DNA of 64,000 nucleotides from Oxalobacteraceae bacterium (GTDB lineage: Bacteria; Pseudomonadota; Gammaproteobacteria; Burkholderiales; Burkholderiaceae_D): positions 1,552 to 65,551 of the forward strand of contig JAJTGE010000024.1 in NCBI GenBank assembly GCA_021298555.1, given 5' to 3'. Within the stretch, counting starts at the first letter, position 1. Each line of letters begins with the position of its first letter. Made by a program: the position numbers and the translations under genes. This document shows, one piece after another, positions 38,274 through 49,110 of this stretch. Below the pieces are notes generated by a model that did not search any database, was not told where the DNA came from, and saw only the letters and a program-made list of their open reading frames with translations.

Positions 38274-40001
38274 ATGAGTAAATCTGGAAGCGCGGATAAA
38301 TCTAAGCCAGGCTCAGGCGCCGAGGCTTGGTTGGCACAGTTGTCCGATCCTAAAGGCTGGCAATCCATGATGAATCTGATGCAGGCAGGTATGTCTGGTC
38401 AGGGAGAGCCGCCTGCTGTCGTGGCCATGGTTCCACCAGAAAAGCTCATGCAGCTGCAAAATGAGTACATGGAAAAGTGGTCTTCTTTATGGACGGGGTT
38501 GATGGAATCGAAAACACCCGAGATCCGCGATCGACGCTTTTCTGCACCGGCATGGCATGCCAATCCTTTGTATGCTTTCAACGCATCAGCCTATTTGCTG
38601 AACTCACATTTTTTGAATGCCTTGGCCGATGCGGTTGAGGTCGATGAAAAAACTAAGAAAAAAATTCGTTTTGCGACCCAGCAGGCAGTCGATGCGATGT
38701 CACCTGCCAATTTTCTCGCGACCAATCCAGAGGCTCAGCAATTACTGATAGATACCAAAGGTGAAAGCCTACAGCGCGGCATCATGCAGATGCTCACCGA
38801 CATGCGCAAAGGCCATATTTCGCAAACGGATGATAAGGCATTCGAAGTGGGCGTAAATGTGGCTAGCAGTGAGGGTTCAGTTGTCTTCGAAAACGAGGTA
38901 ATGCAACTGCTGCAGTATCGCCCGCTCACCAAGCAGGTGTACCAGCGCCCGCTGCTGATAGTGCCACCGTGTATCAATAAATTTTATATCCTCGATCTTC
39001 AGCCAGAAAATTCATTGATACGCTACGCGGTCGAGCAAGGCCACACCGTGTTTGTGATGTCGTGGGTAAATCCCGATGAAAGTTTGAATACGCTGGGTTG
39101 GGACGACTATGTACAAAAAGGCGTAATCAAAGCTATCGAGGTTGCCCAAGCAATCAGCGGAGAAAAGCAAGTCAATGCGCTGGGCTTTTGTGTGGGTGGG
39201 ACGATACTTGCCAGCGCACTGGCTGCCTTAGCTGCACGCGGAAAAAAGCCTGTCTCCAGCTTTACGCTGTTGACCACTATGCTGGATTTTTCTGATGTGG
39301 GTTCTATCGATGTATACGTCGATGAAACCCAGGTTGCACAACGCGAGCAAGCCATAGGCAAGGGCGGTCTGATGCCGGGTCGCGATTTTGCCGCGGCGTT
39401 TTCTAGTTTACGTTCCAATGATTTGGTGTGGAATTACGTAGAGGCGAATTATCTGAAAGGCGAAGCACCACCCGCCTTTGATCTTCTGTACTGGAATTCT
39501 GATAGCACCAATTTACCCGGTCCGATGTTTTGCTATTACCTGCGCAATATGTATCTGGAAAATAATCTGAAAATTCCGGGCAAGCTCTCGGTTGCAGGTG
39601 ATCCGATTGATTTGGGTAAAGTTCAGGTACCAGCGTTTATTTATGCATCGCGCGAAGACCATATCGTGCCTTGGCGCAGTGCGTATGCCAGCACGGCTCT
39701 CATCAATGCGGGCAAGCCCAAAAATAATCGTTTTGTATTGGGAGCGTCAGGACACATCGCCGGCGTCATTAATCCACCCGCCAAGAAAAAACGCAGTTAC
39801 TGGAGTAACGACAAATTGCCTGACAATCCCAGCGCCTGGATGGAAGGTGCTACCGAGCATCCCGGCAGTTGGTGGGGCGAGTGGGCAGATTTTCTGGCTA
39901 GTCATGCGGGTGAGCAGATAGAAGCCCCCCGCAAATACGGTAACAAAGCCTATCCACCCATAGAGCCTGCCCCAGGTCGTTATGTAAAAGCCAAGGCCTG
40001 A
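38274..40001 (+). CDS. phaC: Class I poly(3-hydroxyalkanoate) synthase
   Basis: DRRF, SPANF.ATNP, VPPCINKFYILDL, lipase box GFCVGG, DHIVPW, SGHIAG, APGRYV. Confidence 0.96.
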   Translation: MSKSGSADKSKPGSGAEAWLAQLSDPKGWQSMMNLMQAGMSGQGEPPAVVAMVPPEKLMQLQNEYMEKWSSLWTGLMESKTPEIRDRRFSAPAWHANPLYAFNASAYLLNSHFLNALADAVEVDEKTKKKIRFATQQAVDAMSPANFLATNPEAQQLLIDTKGESLQRGIMQMLTDMRKGHISQTDDKAFEVGVNVASSEGSVVFENEVMQLLQYRPLTKQVYQRPLLIVPPCINKFYILDLQPENSLIRYAVEQGHTVFVMSWVNPDESLNTLGWDDYVQKGVIKAIEVAQAISGEKQVNALGFCVGGTILASALAALAARGKKPVSSFTLLTTMLDFSDVGSIDVYVDETQVAQREQAIGKGGLMPGRDFAAAFSSLRSNDLVWNYVEANYLKGEAPPAFDLLYWNSDSTNLPGPMFCYYLRNMYLENNLKIPGKLSVAGDPIDLGKVQVPAFIYASREDHIVPWRSAYASTALINAGKPKNNRFVLGASGHIAGVINPPAKKKRSYWSNDKLPDNPSAWMEGATEHPGSWWGEWADFLASHAGEQIEAPRKYGNKAYPPIEPAPGRYVKAKA

Positions 40002-40222
40002 CTAGACTCAAGGCAGCGTGAATGCTGCGCCACGACAAACGACTAGTAGCATTTTTGAAATTCAAACGTGCTTTTGCGCCGCAATAACTGGCCATTTACC
40101 TGTCGCGGACTTTCCCCAGCCCTTGTTTTGGTGCACTATAGGGTACCGAGGCTCGAACATTCGTTCGGAATTTGATCATAATGTCGGCTTTTCATTGCGA
40201 CGCAAAATAACTGGACCACCTC

Positions 40223-40795
40223 ATGAGTACCTCAAAAAAGGCGTCAGAACGCCTGATAAAAAAATACCCTAATCGGCGCTTGTATGACACTCAGACTAGC
40301 TCTTACATCACGCTGGTTGATGTCAAACAGCTGGTTTTGGCGAATGAGCAATTTGTGGTGGTAGACGCCAAATCGGAAGAAGACCTGACCCGCAGTATTT
40401 TGTTGCAGATCATTTTGGAAGAAGAAGCGAATGGTCAGCCTATGTTCTCCAGCTCGGCGTTATCGCAAATCATTCGTTATTACGGCCACGCTATGCAGGG
40501 CATGATGGGTTCGTATCTCGAAAAAAACATACAAGTGTTTATCGATATACAAAATAAAATGTCGGAAAACTCCCGCGGTGTGATTGATGAGAAATCCTTC
40601 AGCCCAGAAATGTGGACGCAGTTTATGAGCGTGCAAGCGCCGATGATGCAAGGCATGATGAGTAACTACATAGAACAGAGTAAGAGTTTGTTCATGCAAA
40701 TGCAGGATCAGATGCAAAGTCAGGCCAAGAATGTGTTTAACGTTTTCCCGTTTCCTGGCGCGCCCGCTCCCAGCGGTACTTCTGAAACCAAGTAA
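40223..40795 (+). CDS. phaR: PHA synthesis repressor PhaR
   Basis: IKKYPNRRLYDTQTSSYITL, DLTRSILLQIILEEE. Confidence 0.96.
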   Translation: MSTSKKASERLIKKYPNRRLYDTQTSSYITLVDVKQLVLANEQFVVVDAKSEEDLTRSILLQIILEEEANGQPMFSSSALSQIIRYYGHAMQGMMGSYLEKNIQVFIDIQNKMSENSRGVIDEKSFSPEMWTQFMSVQAPMMQGMMSNYIEQSKSLFMQMQDQMQSQAKNVFNVFPFPGAPAPSGTSETK

Positions 40796-40815
40796 GTCAT
40801 TCGTATAGATGAATG

Positions 40816-40849
40816 CCGGTCTGAGTCGAATCTCAGGCCGGTTTTTTTT
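40816..40849 (+). terminator. Intrinsic terminator after phaR
   Basis: CCGGTCTGAG ... CTCAGGCCGG followed by T8. Confidence 0.8.
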
Positions 40850-40947
40850 CGGGCACACCCGGTGACCTGAGATGCCATACCGTAAAGGGTACAATCTCCC
40901 ACCACGCTGTTACTCATCAGCGATTTCATTTTTATCCTAAGTACCTC

Positions 40948-42177
40948 ATGTCAGCTACTCCTCCAAAAGTTGGTTTTGTTTCACTTGGCTGCCCCAAGGC
41001 GTTGGTGGACTCCGAACAAATTCTTACGCAGTTACGCGCCGAAGGTTATGAAACAGCCAAGTCCTACGACGGTGCTGATCTCGTGATCGTTAATACATGC
41101 GGCTTTATTGACTCTGCGGTGCAAGAATCGTTGGATGCCATAGGCGAAGCCTTGAATGAAAACGGCAAGGTCATCGTGACGGGTTGCCTTGGCAGCAAAA
41201 AGGATGCGGCTGGCGAAGATATTGTTAGAAAAATACATCCCAAAGTATTAGCCGTAACCGGCCCTCATGCGTTAAGTGAAGTAATGCATGCGGTACACCA
41301 GTATCTGCCTAAGCCGCATGAACCCTTCATTGATTTATTACCGCCGCAAGGAGTGAAGCTCACGCCCAAACATTACGCCTATCTCAAAATTTCTGAAGGC
41401 TGTAATCATCGCTGTAGCTTTTGCATTATTCCTTCTATGCGTGGTGATCTCGTTTCGCGACCTGTTGCTGAAGTCATGCTGGAAGCTGAAAATTTATTTA
41501 AATCTGGTGTTAAAGAACTACTCGTTATTTCGCAAGACACCAGTGCTTATGGTGTGGATATTAAATTCCGTACAGGTTTTTGGAATGGTAAGCCGCTACG
41601 TACGCACATGACTGAACTCGTGAGCGCTCTTGGAGAGCTGGCTAAGCAGTACGATGCCTGGGTCAGGTTGCATTATGTGTATCCCTATCCGCATGTCGAT
41701 GAGGTGATTCCACTCATGAATGGTGGTCATGTATTGCCTTACCTTGATGTGCCGCTACAGCACTCGCATCCCGATGTTTTAAAACGCATGAAGCGTCCGG
41801 CCAATGGCGAAAAAAATAGTGAACGTATACAGGCATGGCGTAAGGTATGTCCTGACATTACGATACGTTCGAATACATTAGCCGATGCGGTACCTGATGA
41901 AGTGCGTGAAGAGCGTCGTGGTCGAGTCATGCAATTACAAGAAAAAATTTCGCGTGAACGCCTGCAAGCCAAAGTAGGTAAATCGATGCGTGTATTGATA
42001 GATACGGTTGATCGCAATGGCGCTGTAGCGCGATCAGCTGCCGATGCACCAGAAATTGATGGCGTTGTGTATGTAAAATTACCCTACGATCCATCGCATC
42101 AATTAAAAGCGGGTGAATTTGTCGACATTACTGTGACTGCTGCAGACGCTCACGATCTGTGGGCCAGAGTTGATTAA
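40948..42177 (+). CDS. rimO: Ribosomal protein S12 methylthiotransferase RimO with in-frame internal deletion near 41870
   Basis: [36 protein letters not shown] domain APEIDG; ITIRS joins directly to NTLADAVP with no GFPGET motif. Confidence 0.9.
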   Translation: MSATPPKVGFVSLGCPKALVDSEQILTQLRAEGYETAKSYDGADLVIVNTCGFIDSAVQESLDAIGEALNENGKVIVTGCLGSKKDAAGEDIVRKIHPKVLAVTGPHALSEVMHAVHQYLPKPHEPFIDLLPPQGVKLTPKHYAYLKISEGCNHRCSFCIIPSMRGDLVSRPVAEVMLEAENLFKSGVKELLVISQDTSAYGVDIKFRTGFWNGKPLRTHMTELVSALGELAKQYDAWVRLHYVYPYPHVDEVIPLMNGGHVLPYLDVPLQHSHPDVLKRMKRPANGEKNSERIQAWRKVCPDITIRSNTLADAVPDEVREERRGRVMQLQEKISRERLQAKVGKSMRVLIDTVDRNGAVARSAADAPEIDGVVYVKLPYDPSHQLKAGEFVDITVTAADAHDLWARVD

Positions 42178-42201
42178 GTTGATAGGCTTGGTGCTAGCGT
42201 C

Positions 42202-43365
42202 ATGGATAAAAAACATCTGCAAACTCTGTTAACCACCACAGACTATCGCCCTCCAGAAGGCTTTGGTGCTTTTCCAACGGCCATACATCACGCATCAACA
42301 GTCCTGTTTAAGGACGTGGCCGCTCTGCGAGCGCGCAACTGGCAAGACAAAAATGCCTACACCTATGGTCTGCACGGCACACCCACCACGTTTACGCTGG
42401 AAGCACGACTCGCTGAGATAGAGGGTGGCCAACACTGCCTGCTGGCACCAAGTGGACTAGCTGCGATTGCCATGATCGATCTGGCGCTGCTGAGTACAGG
42501 TGATGAGGTACTGCTGCCGGAGAATGTCTACAACCCGAATCGCGAATTGGGAAACTGGCTCAGTGCATCGTTTGGCATCACCACGCGTTATTACGATCCA
42601 CTGATAGGCGAGGGTATAGCAGAGTTAATTCATTCCAAGACGCGTTTGATCTGGACCGAAGCACCCGGTTCGGTGTCTATGGAAATGCCTGATATACCTG
42701 CCATCTGTAAAGTCGCCAAAGAAAAAAAGATACCGGTGGCGCTCGATAATACGTGGTCAGCAGGGCTCGCGTTTCGTGCCTTTGATCATGGTGTGGATAT
42801 CGTGATGCAGGCACTCACAAAATATCATTCGGGTGGATCCGATGTGTTAATGGGTGCAGTCATTACACGTTCTAAAGAACTGCATCAAAAAATAGAGCAA
42901 GCGCACATGCGGTTAGGTATAGGCGTATCAGGCGATGATGCGTTTTTAGTGTTGCGTGGGTTACCCACCATGAAACTTCGATTCGAAGAACATGATCGCA
43001 GTGCACGCGAGATCGCTACGTGGTTACAATCGCGGCCCGAGATTTCGAAAATATTACATCCAGCGTTTGACGACTGTCCCGGGCATGCAACATGGAAGCG
43101 AGATTTTACGGGTGCGGGTGGATTGTTTTCTGTGCTGTTTGATCCACGCTATAGCGAAGCACAAACAGATCGTTTTATAGATAGCTTAAAACTATTCAAA
43201 ATAGGTTACAGCTGGGGCGGCGCTAATAGTTTGGCGGTGCCATATCGCATGGCAGCTATCCGCAAGCAGTGGGCTCACCCCGGTCAATTAGTACGTTTAA
43301 ATATAGGCTTGGAAGACACGCGTGATTTAATTGCTGATCTAGAGCAGGCGCTAGGGAAATGCTGA
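42202..43365 (+). CDS. metC: Cystathionine beta-lyase
   Basis: YGLHGTPT, EAPGS, DNTW, QALTKY.SG.SD, IGYSWGG, RL.IGLED. Confidence 0.92.
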   Translation: MDKKHLQTLLTTTDYRPPEGFGAFPTAIHHASTVLFKDVAALRARNWQDKNAYTYGLHGTPTTFTLEARLAEIEGGQHCLLAPSGLAAIAMIDLALLSTGDEVLLPENVYNPNRELGNWLSASFGITTRYYDPLIGEGIAELIHSKTRLIWTEAPGSVSMEMPDIPAICKVAKEKKIPVALDNTWSAGLAFRAFDHGVDIVMQALTKYHSGGSDVLMGAVITRSKELHQKIEQAHMRLGIGVSGDDAFLVLRGLPTMKLRFEEHDRSAREIATWLQSRPEISKILHPAFDDCPGHATWKRDFTGAGGLFSVLFDPRYSEAQTDRFIDSLKLFKIGYSWGGANSLAVPYRMAAIRKQWAHPGQLVRLNIGLEDTRDLIADLEQALGKC

Positions 43366-43500
43366 TTTATTGTGAATTTTGTGACAAGCCAGCGTAGCTA
43401 TGCAGCACAGCTGTGCAGCGCAGGGTCAAGTTAAGTTAAGGGTCAGCTTTGATTATTAGTCGAGTAACATCTCGCTTTTATCTACTCAGTACTTTGCTAG
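43351..43500. repeat. Diverged third copy of the MITE-like repeat, bounded by CTAG...CTAG
   Basis: CTAGGGAAATGCTGATTTA...AGCCAGCGTAGCTATGC...CTACTCAGTACTTTGCTAG aligns at both ends with the 33749/33883 copies. Confidence 0.65.
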
Positions 43501-43863
43501 CTACATTGGCATAGCTTGATTGTCTGTGAGATCAATAAAACCACGTATCAAACGATAGGCCTTCCATAGCCACGCAACACCCCACATCAGGATGGCCACC
43601 GGTATGCCTACGAAGGTGAGTGAAATTAAACCACCGATTCCCATCCACACTAAGTACCACCAAAAAGATCGTATTTGCCAAGAGTGATGGCTATACAAAA
43701 AACTGTCTTGCGTTCGACCGCGTTTGAGGTAGTTGATGAACAGAGGAATAAACGAAAGTAAGCCCAGGGAGAAAAATACCGATGCGCTGTGCGCCACATA
43801 CAGCCACCAGAGAAGGTTTTTCTGAGCTTCCGTATCAACGTCGTAATAGATTTGATGATCCAT
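43501..43863 (-). CDS. DUF4870-like small membrane protein
   Basis: INYLKR, SHH.WQIRSFWW, W..YR.IRG. Confidence 0.8.
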   Translation of the reverse strand: MDHQIYYDVDTEAQKNLLWWLYVAHSASVFFSLGLLSFIPLFINYLKRGRTQDSFLYSHHSWQIRSFWWYLVWMGIGGLISLTFVGIPVAILMWGVAWLWKAYRLIRGFIDLTDNQAMPM

Positions 43864-43897
43864 AAAAATCAATCAGCTTGTTAAATGCGTGGTGGCA

Positions 43898-44740
43898 TTA
43901 GCGGAAAAGATTCAGTACACCATCTAAACCAGAAAAATTTAATGCGACATCCGCTTGCTGTTGCACTACAGGTTTTGCGCGATACGCAACGGACAAACCA
44001 GCCACGGACATCATTTCAAGATCATTTGCACCATCGCCTATCACTATGGCTGCAGAGGTAGGAACATTTAATGCAGCGCATTCAGTTTCCACAGTGTGGC
44101 GTTTGATCTGTGCATCAATGATATCGCCTAAGACTCGACCCGTGAGTTTGCCATCGATAATCTCAAGTACATTGGCGCGGCTGAGATCTATCGGCAGCTC
44201 TTGCTGCAATCTATCAGTGAAATAGGTAAATCCACCTGAGACTAAAACAGTGCGTATGCCAGCAGCCTTGCAGGTGGTGAGTAGTTCTTTGGCGCCAGGC
44301 GACAAGCGCAGTCTGTGATCAAAGACTTGGTGCAATGCTGATGCATCCAGCCCTTTTAATAAAGCGACTCGGCGTGTAAGACTGGCACGAAAATCTAACT
44401 CGCCACGCATGGCTGCTTCGGTAATAAGTGCAACCTCAGCTTTTAATCCATGCAGATCAGCGATTTCATCTATGCATTCTATGGTGATGAGAGTGGAATC
44501 CATATCCATCACCAGCACGCGAAAATCATCCAATCGATAGTGCTTGCTGATAAAACTGTGATCGATATGTTCTTCTATGCAGGCATTCTCGACGGCTTCA
44601 CGAATGGCTGGGGTATCGGCTACGCCATCGCAACGAAATGCAAAGTCTGACAGCGGGGTAATGTGAGTTGCCTGTGCCAAAGTGGCGATAGGCTCAATAC
44701 TTTGACGGGTGGCTCCGGGGCCTTGCAGTATCAGTTTCAT
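43898..44740 (-). CDS. serB: Phosphoserine phosphatase
   Basis: MDMDSTLI..ECIDEIA, ITE.AMRGE, VSGGF, GDGANDL. Confidence 0.96.
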   Translation of the reverse strand: MKLILQGPGATRQSIEPIATLAQATHITPLSDFAFRCDGVADTPAIREAVENACIEEHIDHSFISKHYRLDDFRVLVMDMDSTLITIECIDEIADLHGLKAEVALITEAAMRGELDFRASLTRRVALLKGLDASALHQVFDHRLRLSPGAKELLTTCKAAGIRTVLVSGGFTYFTDRLQQELPIDLSRANVLEIIDGKLTGRVLGDIIDAQIKRHTVETECAALNVPTSAAIVIGDGANDLEMMSVAGLSVAYRAKPVVQQQADVALNFSGLDGVLNLFR

Positions 44741-44764
44741 GGCCTTTGTATCGATGAAGGTTGA

Positions 44765-47700
44765 TTAAGATATCAACGCGCGTATGGTGGATTTAAGTTG
44801 TGAAACACGAGAGCTTAGATCTGGCATAGCAACGGTGATTTTTAATTTATCCTGTCCCGATAATTTTATGTTCTTACTTTTTTGTACTAAATCGATGATG
44901 CGTATAGGGTCGATAGGTGGTTTTGGTTCAAACTGTAGCGTCGCCGATTCAGCATGTGCGTCTATCTTAATAATACCCACTGTTTTGGCTGATACGCGTA
45001 AACGATGTGTTTCTACGAGGGCTTTGACAGCATCGGGTAGTTTACCGAAACGATCGATCATTTCTTCCTGCATATCGTCGATGGCATCGTGCGTAGCACT
45101 GTTGGCTAATCGTTTGTAGATAGAGAGTCGTTCATGCACATCGCCACAGAAATCGCTGGGTAAGAGCGCGGGCACATGCAAGTTGATTTCAGTCATGGTG
45201 GAGAGCGGTGCAGCGAGATCAGGTTCTTTACCATTTTTTAATGATCTGACAGCAGCCATTAGCATGTCGGAGTACAACTGGAATCCTATCTCAGTCATTT
45301 CACCCGATTGATTTTCACCGAGTACTTCGCCCGCGCCACGAATTTCCAGATCATGCATTGCTAAGTAAAAGCCACTGCCGAGTTCTTCCATTTGTTGAAT
45401 CGCTTCTAAGCGACGATCGGCCTGACGTGTTAGAGACTGCACATCATGAACCAGTAAGTAAGCGTAGGCTTGGTGATGCGAGCGACCCACTCGGCCACGC
45501 AACTGGTGTAGCTGTGCCAAACCAAATCGGTCGGCCCTATGCATCACGATGGTATTAGCCGTGGGTACGTCGATACCTGTTTCGATGATGGTGGTGCACA
45601 AAAGTATATTAAAACGCTGCGCCACAAAATCACGCATGACTTTTTCCAGATCGCGTTCATGCATCTGCCCATGGGCAATAGCTATGCGTGCTTCGGGTAT
45701 TAATTCTTGCAGTCGTACTTTTCGGTTTTGTATCGTCTCTACTTCGTTATGCAGAAAATAGACCTGGCCGCCGCGTTTGAGTTCACGTAAGCAGGCTTCG
45801 CGTATGACGGAGTCAGATTCACTGCGTACAAAGGTTTTGATTGCCAGTCGTTTTTGCGGTGCGGTGGCGATAATTGAAAAATCACGCAACCCCTCCAGCG
45901 CCATGCCCAGTGTTCTGGGTATGGGTGTAGCGGTTAAAGTCAATACATCAACTTCGGCACGCAGGGCTTTCAAGGCTTCTTTTTGACGCACACCAAAACG
46001 GTGTTCTTCATCGATGATGACCAAACCGAGTCGTGTAAATTTCACATCCGACGATAATAGCTTGTGCGTGCCGATGACGATGTCTATCGTGCCCTCGGCC
46101 ATCCCTTTAAGTGCAAGAGTTACTTCTTTACCAGTACGAAAACGCGATAACTCGGCAATACGTACAGGCCAGTCAGCAAAACGGTCGGCAAATGTTTGTG
46201 CGTGTTGTTCCGCGAGTAGAGTCGTGGGCGCCAAAATGGCGACTTGTTTGCCACCCATGACAGCAACAAATGCGGCGCGTAGGGCAACTTCAGTTTTTCC
46301 GAAGCCCACATCGCCGCAGATTAAGCGATCCATGGGTTTGCCGGAGGTCATGTCCTGAATAACAGAATGAATTGCGGCAGCTTGATCGGGTGTTTCTTCA
46401 AATCCAAAACTATCGGCAAAAGCTTCGTAATCGTGTGCGGAGTATTCAAACGCATGACCTTTGCGCAGAGCGCGTCGCGCATATAAATTTAATAGTTCTG
46501 CTGCGGTATCGCGAATTTGTTCAGCGGCTTTGCGTTTGGCTTTTTCCCATTGCCCTGAACCCAATGCATGAAGGGGAGCATCGTCGGGGGCCGCACCGGA
46601 GTAACGTGAAATGACATGCAGCTGTGATACGGGCACATACAGCTTGGTTTCTTTGGCGTATTCAAGATGTAAAAATTCGGTTTCACCTTCACCCAAATCC
46701 ATGCTGATCAAACCGTGATACCGACCTATACCGTGATTAATGTGTACTACGGGATCACCAATTTTTAGTTCGGATAAATCCCTCACCATGGAATCGACTT
46801 GCGTAACAGCTTCTTGCTTTTTGCGGCCTGCACGGCGACCACTGCCGGCATAAAGCTCTGTTTCGGTAACGAAAGCGATGTTACCTAATGTGTTCGAAAG
46901 TATGCAGCCATCGTGGAGTGGCGCCACACACAGCATTAATTTTTCGTGATGATTTAAAAAATCATCCAAACTGTCACAGACAGTTAATGGAAGCTGATAT
47001 TCATTGAAATATTCACGTAGTGTTTCGCGCCGCCCGCTGGATTCTGCGCAAATCATCACGCGTGCAGGAGACTGCAGTAAAAATGAACGTAGGTTGACTA
47101 AAGGGTCATCTAATCGCCGGTTAACCGAAATGTCGGGTAAAGGCGCTGAGAGATCAGAGGCCGCAGGAGTGTGCGTTATGACCCAGCGACCATAAGGCTT
47201 TAACAGAGAGAAAAAATCTTCATCGCTCAGAAAAATTTCTTCGGGGGAGAGTAGCGGTCGTTCGCGATCAGACTTCAAAAAGTTATAGCGTGATCGAGTA
47301 TCAGTCCAGAAGCGCTGTATAGCGGCATCGATGTCACCACACAGCGCAAAACTGCAGTCGTGAGGTAAGTAGTCAAACAAGGTGGCTGTTTGCTCAAAAA
47401 ACAGGGGCAGATAATATTCGATGCCAGCGGAGGCAATGCCATTACCTATATCGCGATAAATAGTGGTGCGAGTTGGGTCGCCTTCAAACACTTCGCGCCA
47501 GCGGCTGCGAAAGGTACTGCGTGAATTCTCATCCATGGGGAATTCTCGCCCTGGAAGGAGTCGCACTTCGTTTACTGGATAGAGAGAGCGCTGGGTGTCA
47601 ACATCAAATGTGCGTATGGTCTCTATGCTGTCACCAAATAAATCAAGGCGGTACGGCAGTACAGATCCCATAGGGAACAGATCAATTAATCCACCACGCA

Positions 47701-48226
47701 CCGAGTATTCACCCGGCGACATCACTTGAGCTACATGCGAGTAACCCGCCAGCGTGAGCTGTGATTTAAGTAGGCTTTCATCGAGGCGTTCACCTTGTTT
47801 AAAAAAGAAGGTGTACGAGGCCAAAAATGAGGGTGGCCCCATACGCACTAACGCAGTGGTTGCAGGGACTATTAATACGTCACATTGTTTGTTTTGAATT
47901 TCATGCAGCGTGGCCAGTCGTTCTGAGACTAAATCCTGATGCGGAGAAAACGCGTCGTAGGGCAGTGTTTCCCAATCAGGAAGCATGTGGCATCGGAGGC
48001 TATCGCCGCTGGTTTGGCCAAACCATAGTATTTCTGTTAAAAGCCGCTGAGCATCCGGGGCATCGGCCACCACGATAGTCAACATCCGACCTTCCGATTT
48101 TAGGGCGCGTGCAGATTGTGCGAGCACATAGGCCTCACCTGCGCCATGCAGGGCAGGAAGGACAAATCGATTGCCTGATTTTGGCAGCGGAGTGGTTGAG
48201 TTAAGGGGCATGGTCTGCAAAGACAC
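44765..48226 (-). CDS. mfd: Transcription-repair coupling factor
   Basis: PDWETLPYD, CarD/TRCF domain HGIGRY, CGDVGFGKTEVA, DEEH, TATPIPRT, QLRGRVGR; start 48226 or 48211. Confidence 0.97.
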   Translation of the reverse strand: MSLQTMPLNSTTPLPKSGNRFVLPALHGAGEAYVLAQSARALKSEGRMLTIVVADAPDAQRLLTEILWFGQTSGDSLRCHMLPDWETLPYDAFSPHQDLVSERLATLHEIQNKQCDVLIVPATTALVRMGPPSFLASYTFFFKQGERLDESLLKSQLTLAGYSHVAQVMSPGEYSVRGGLIDLFPMGSVLPYRLDLFGDSIETIRTFDVDTQRSLYPVNEVRLLPGREFPMDENSRSTFRSRWREVFEGDPTRTTIYRDIGNGIASAGIEYYLPLFFEQTATLFDYLPHDCSFALCGDIDAAIQRFWTDTRSRYNFLKSDRERPLLSPEEIFLSDEDFFSLLKPYGRWVITHTPAASDLSAPLPDISVNRRLDDPLVNLRSFLLQSPARVMICAESSGRRETLREYFNEYQLPLTVCDSLDDFLNHHEKLMLCVAPLHDGCILSNTLGNIAFVTETELYAGSGRRAGRKKQEAVTQVDSMVRDLSELKIGDPVVHINHGIGRYHGLISMDLGEGETEFLHLEYAKETKLYVPVSQLHVISRYSGAAPDDAPLHALGSGQWEKAKRKAAEQIRDTAAELLNLYARRALRKGHAFEYSAHDYEAFADSFGFEETPDQAAAIHSVIQDMTSGKPMDRLICGDVGFGKTEVALRAAFVAVMGGKQVAILAPTTLLAEQHAQTFADRFADWPVRIAELSRFRTGKEVTLALKGMAEGTIDIVIGTHKLLSSDVKFTRLGLVIIDEEHRFGVRQKEALKALRAEVDVLTLTATPIPRTLGMALEGLRDFSIIATAPQKRLAIKTFVRSESDSVIREACLRELKRGGQVYFLHNEVETIQNRKVRLQELIPEARIAIAHGQMHERDLEKVMRDFVAQRFNILLCTTIIETGIDVPTANTIVMHRADRFGLAQLHQLRGRVGRSHHQAYAYLLVHDVQSLTRQADRRLEAIQQMEELGSGFYLAMHDLEIRGAGEVLGENQSGEMTEIGFQLYSDMLMAAVRSLKNGKEPDLAAPLSTMTEINLHVPALLPSDFCGDVHERLSIYKRLANSATHDAIDDMQEEMIDRFGKLPDAVKALVETHRLRVSAKTVGIIKIDAHAESATLQFEPKPPIDPIRIIDLVQKSKNIKLSGQDKLKITVAMPDLSSRVSQLKSTIRALIS

Positions 48227-48426
48227 TGCTGTCTTCGCGAATAGCGGCCTGTCATGACGAGAAAAAAGCTCAATTGACAGTAAAAAACCGTAATGCGATT
48301 ATAAATTAGTTCTGGATTTCCAGACATGCGATCAAAATACAGTTGTTTCGTTGACCCAGGCCTGGTCAGCGCGTCCCCGGAAAACGTTTTTCCGTTTACT
48401 TACCATTGGCCCCACCCTCAGACACG

Positions 48427-49110
48427 ATGAGCTCACCGCGATTTATTGCATTAATACCTGCTGCGGGTGTAGGTGCGCGTATGGGTGGAGTCGTGCCCAA
48501 ACAATATGCAGAGTTGTTGGGCAAACCTATGCTTGAACACGTCATTGATGCGTTTGTAGCGTGCACGCAAATAGACCAGATTTATGTGGTGGTTAGTGCA
48601 GATGATGCGTATGTCGATGATTTACCAGAGAAACCGCGCACGCAGGTGCTTGGGTGCGGCGGTCCGACCCGGCAAGTATCAGTGACTCAGGGTTTGCAAG
48701 CGATGCAATCTGAGGTGGGTGCGAATGATTGGGTGTTGGTACATGATGCAGCAAGGCCAGGGCTAACAGTTGCCCTGATAGAAAAACTGATCTCTGAAGT
48801 TAAGAGTGATCCCGTGGGTGGCTTGTTGGCCATGCCTTTAGTTGACACCATTAAACGCAGCAATGCGCAAGGGTATGCGGAGCATACTGTGCCGCGCGAG
48901 TATTTGTGGGCTGCGCAAACGCCGCAAATGTTTAGGCATGCGCAGTTGCTGCTGGCTTTAAAGCAGGGGGGAGCGGTGACAGATGAAGCCAGCGCGATAG
49001 AGGCGATGGGCCTAAAACCTAAACTAGTTGAGGGCAGTGCGCGCAATTTCAAAGTGACGTTACCGCACGATGTGCTGCTGGCTGAACTCTATTTAAAAGG
49101 AATCGCATGA
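48427..49110 (+). CDS. ispD: 2-C-methyl-D-erythritol 4-phosphate cytidylyltransferase
   Basis: PAAG.G.RM...PKQY, VHDAARP, AQTPQ.F, TDEASA.E, NFKVT. Confidence 0.96.
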   Translation: MSSPRFIALIPAAGVGARMGGVVPKQYAELLGKPMLEHVIDAFVACTQIDQIYVVVSADDAYVDDLPEKPRTQVLGCGGPTRQVSVTQGLQAMQSEVGANDWVLVHDAARPGLTVALIEKLISEVKSDPVGGLLAMPLVDTIKRSNAQGYAEHTVPREYLWAAQTPQMFRHAQLLLALKQGGAVTDEASAIEAMGLKPKLVEGSARNFKVTLPHDVLLAELYLKGIA

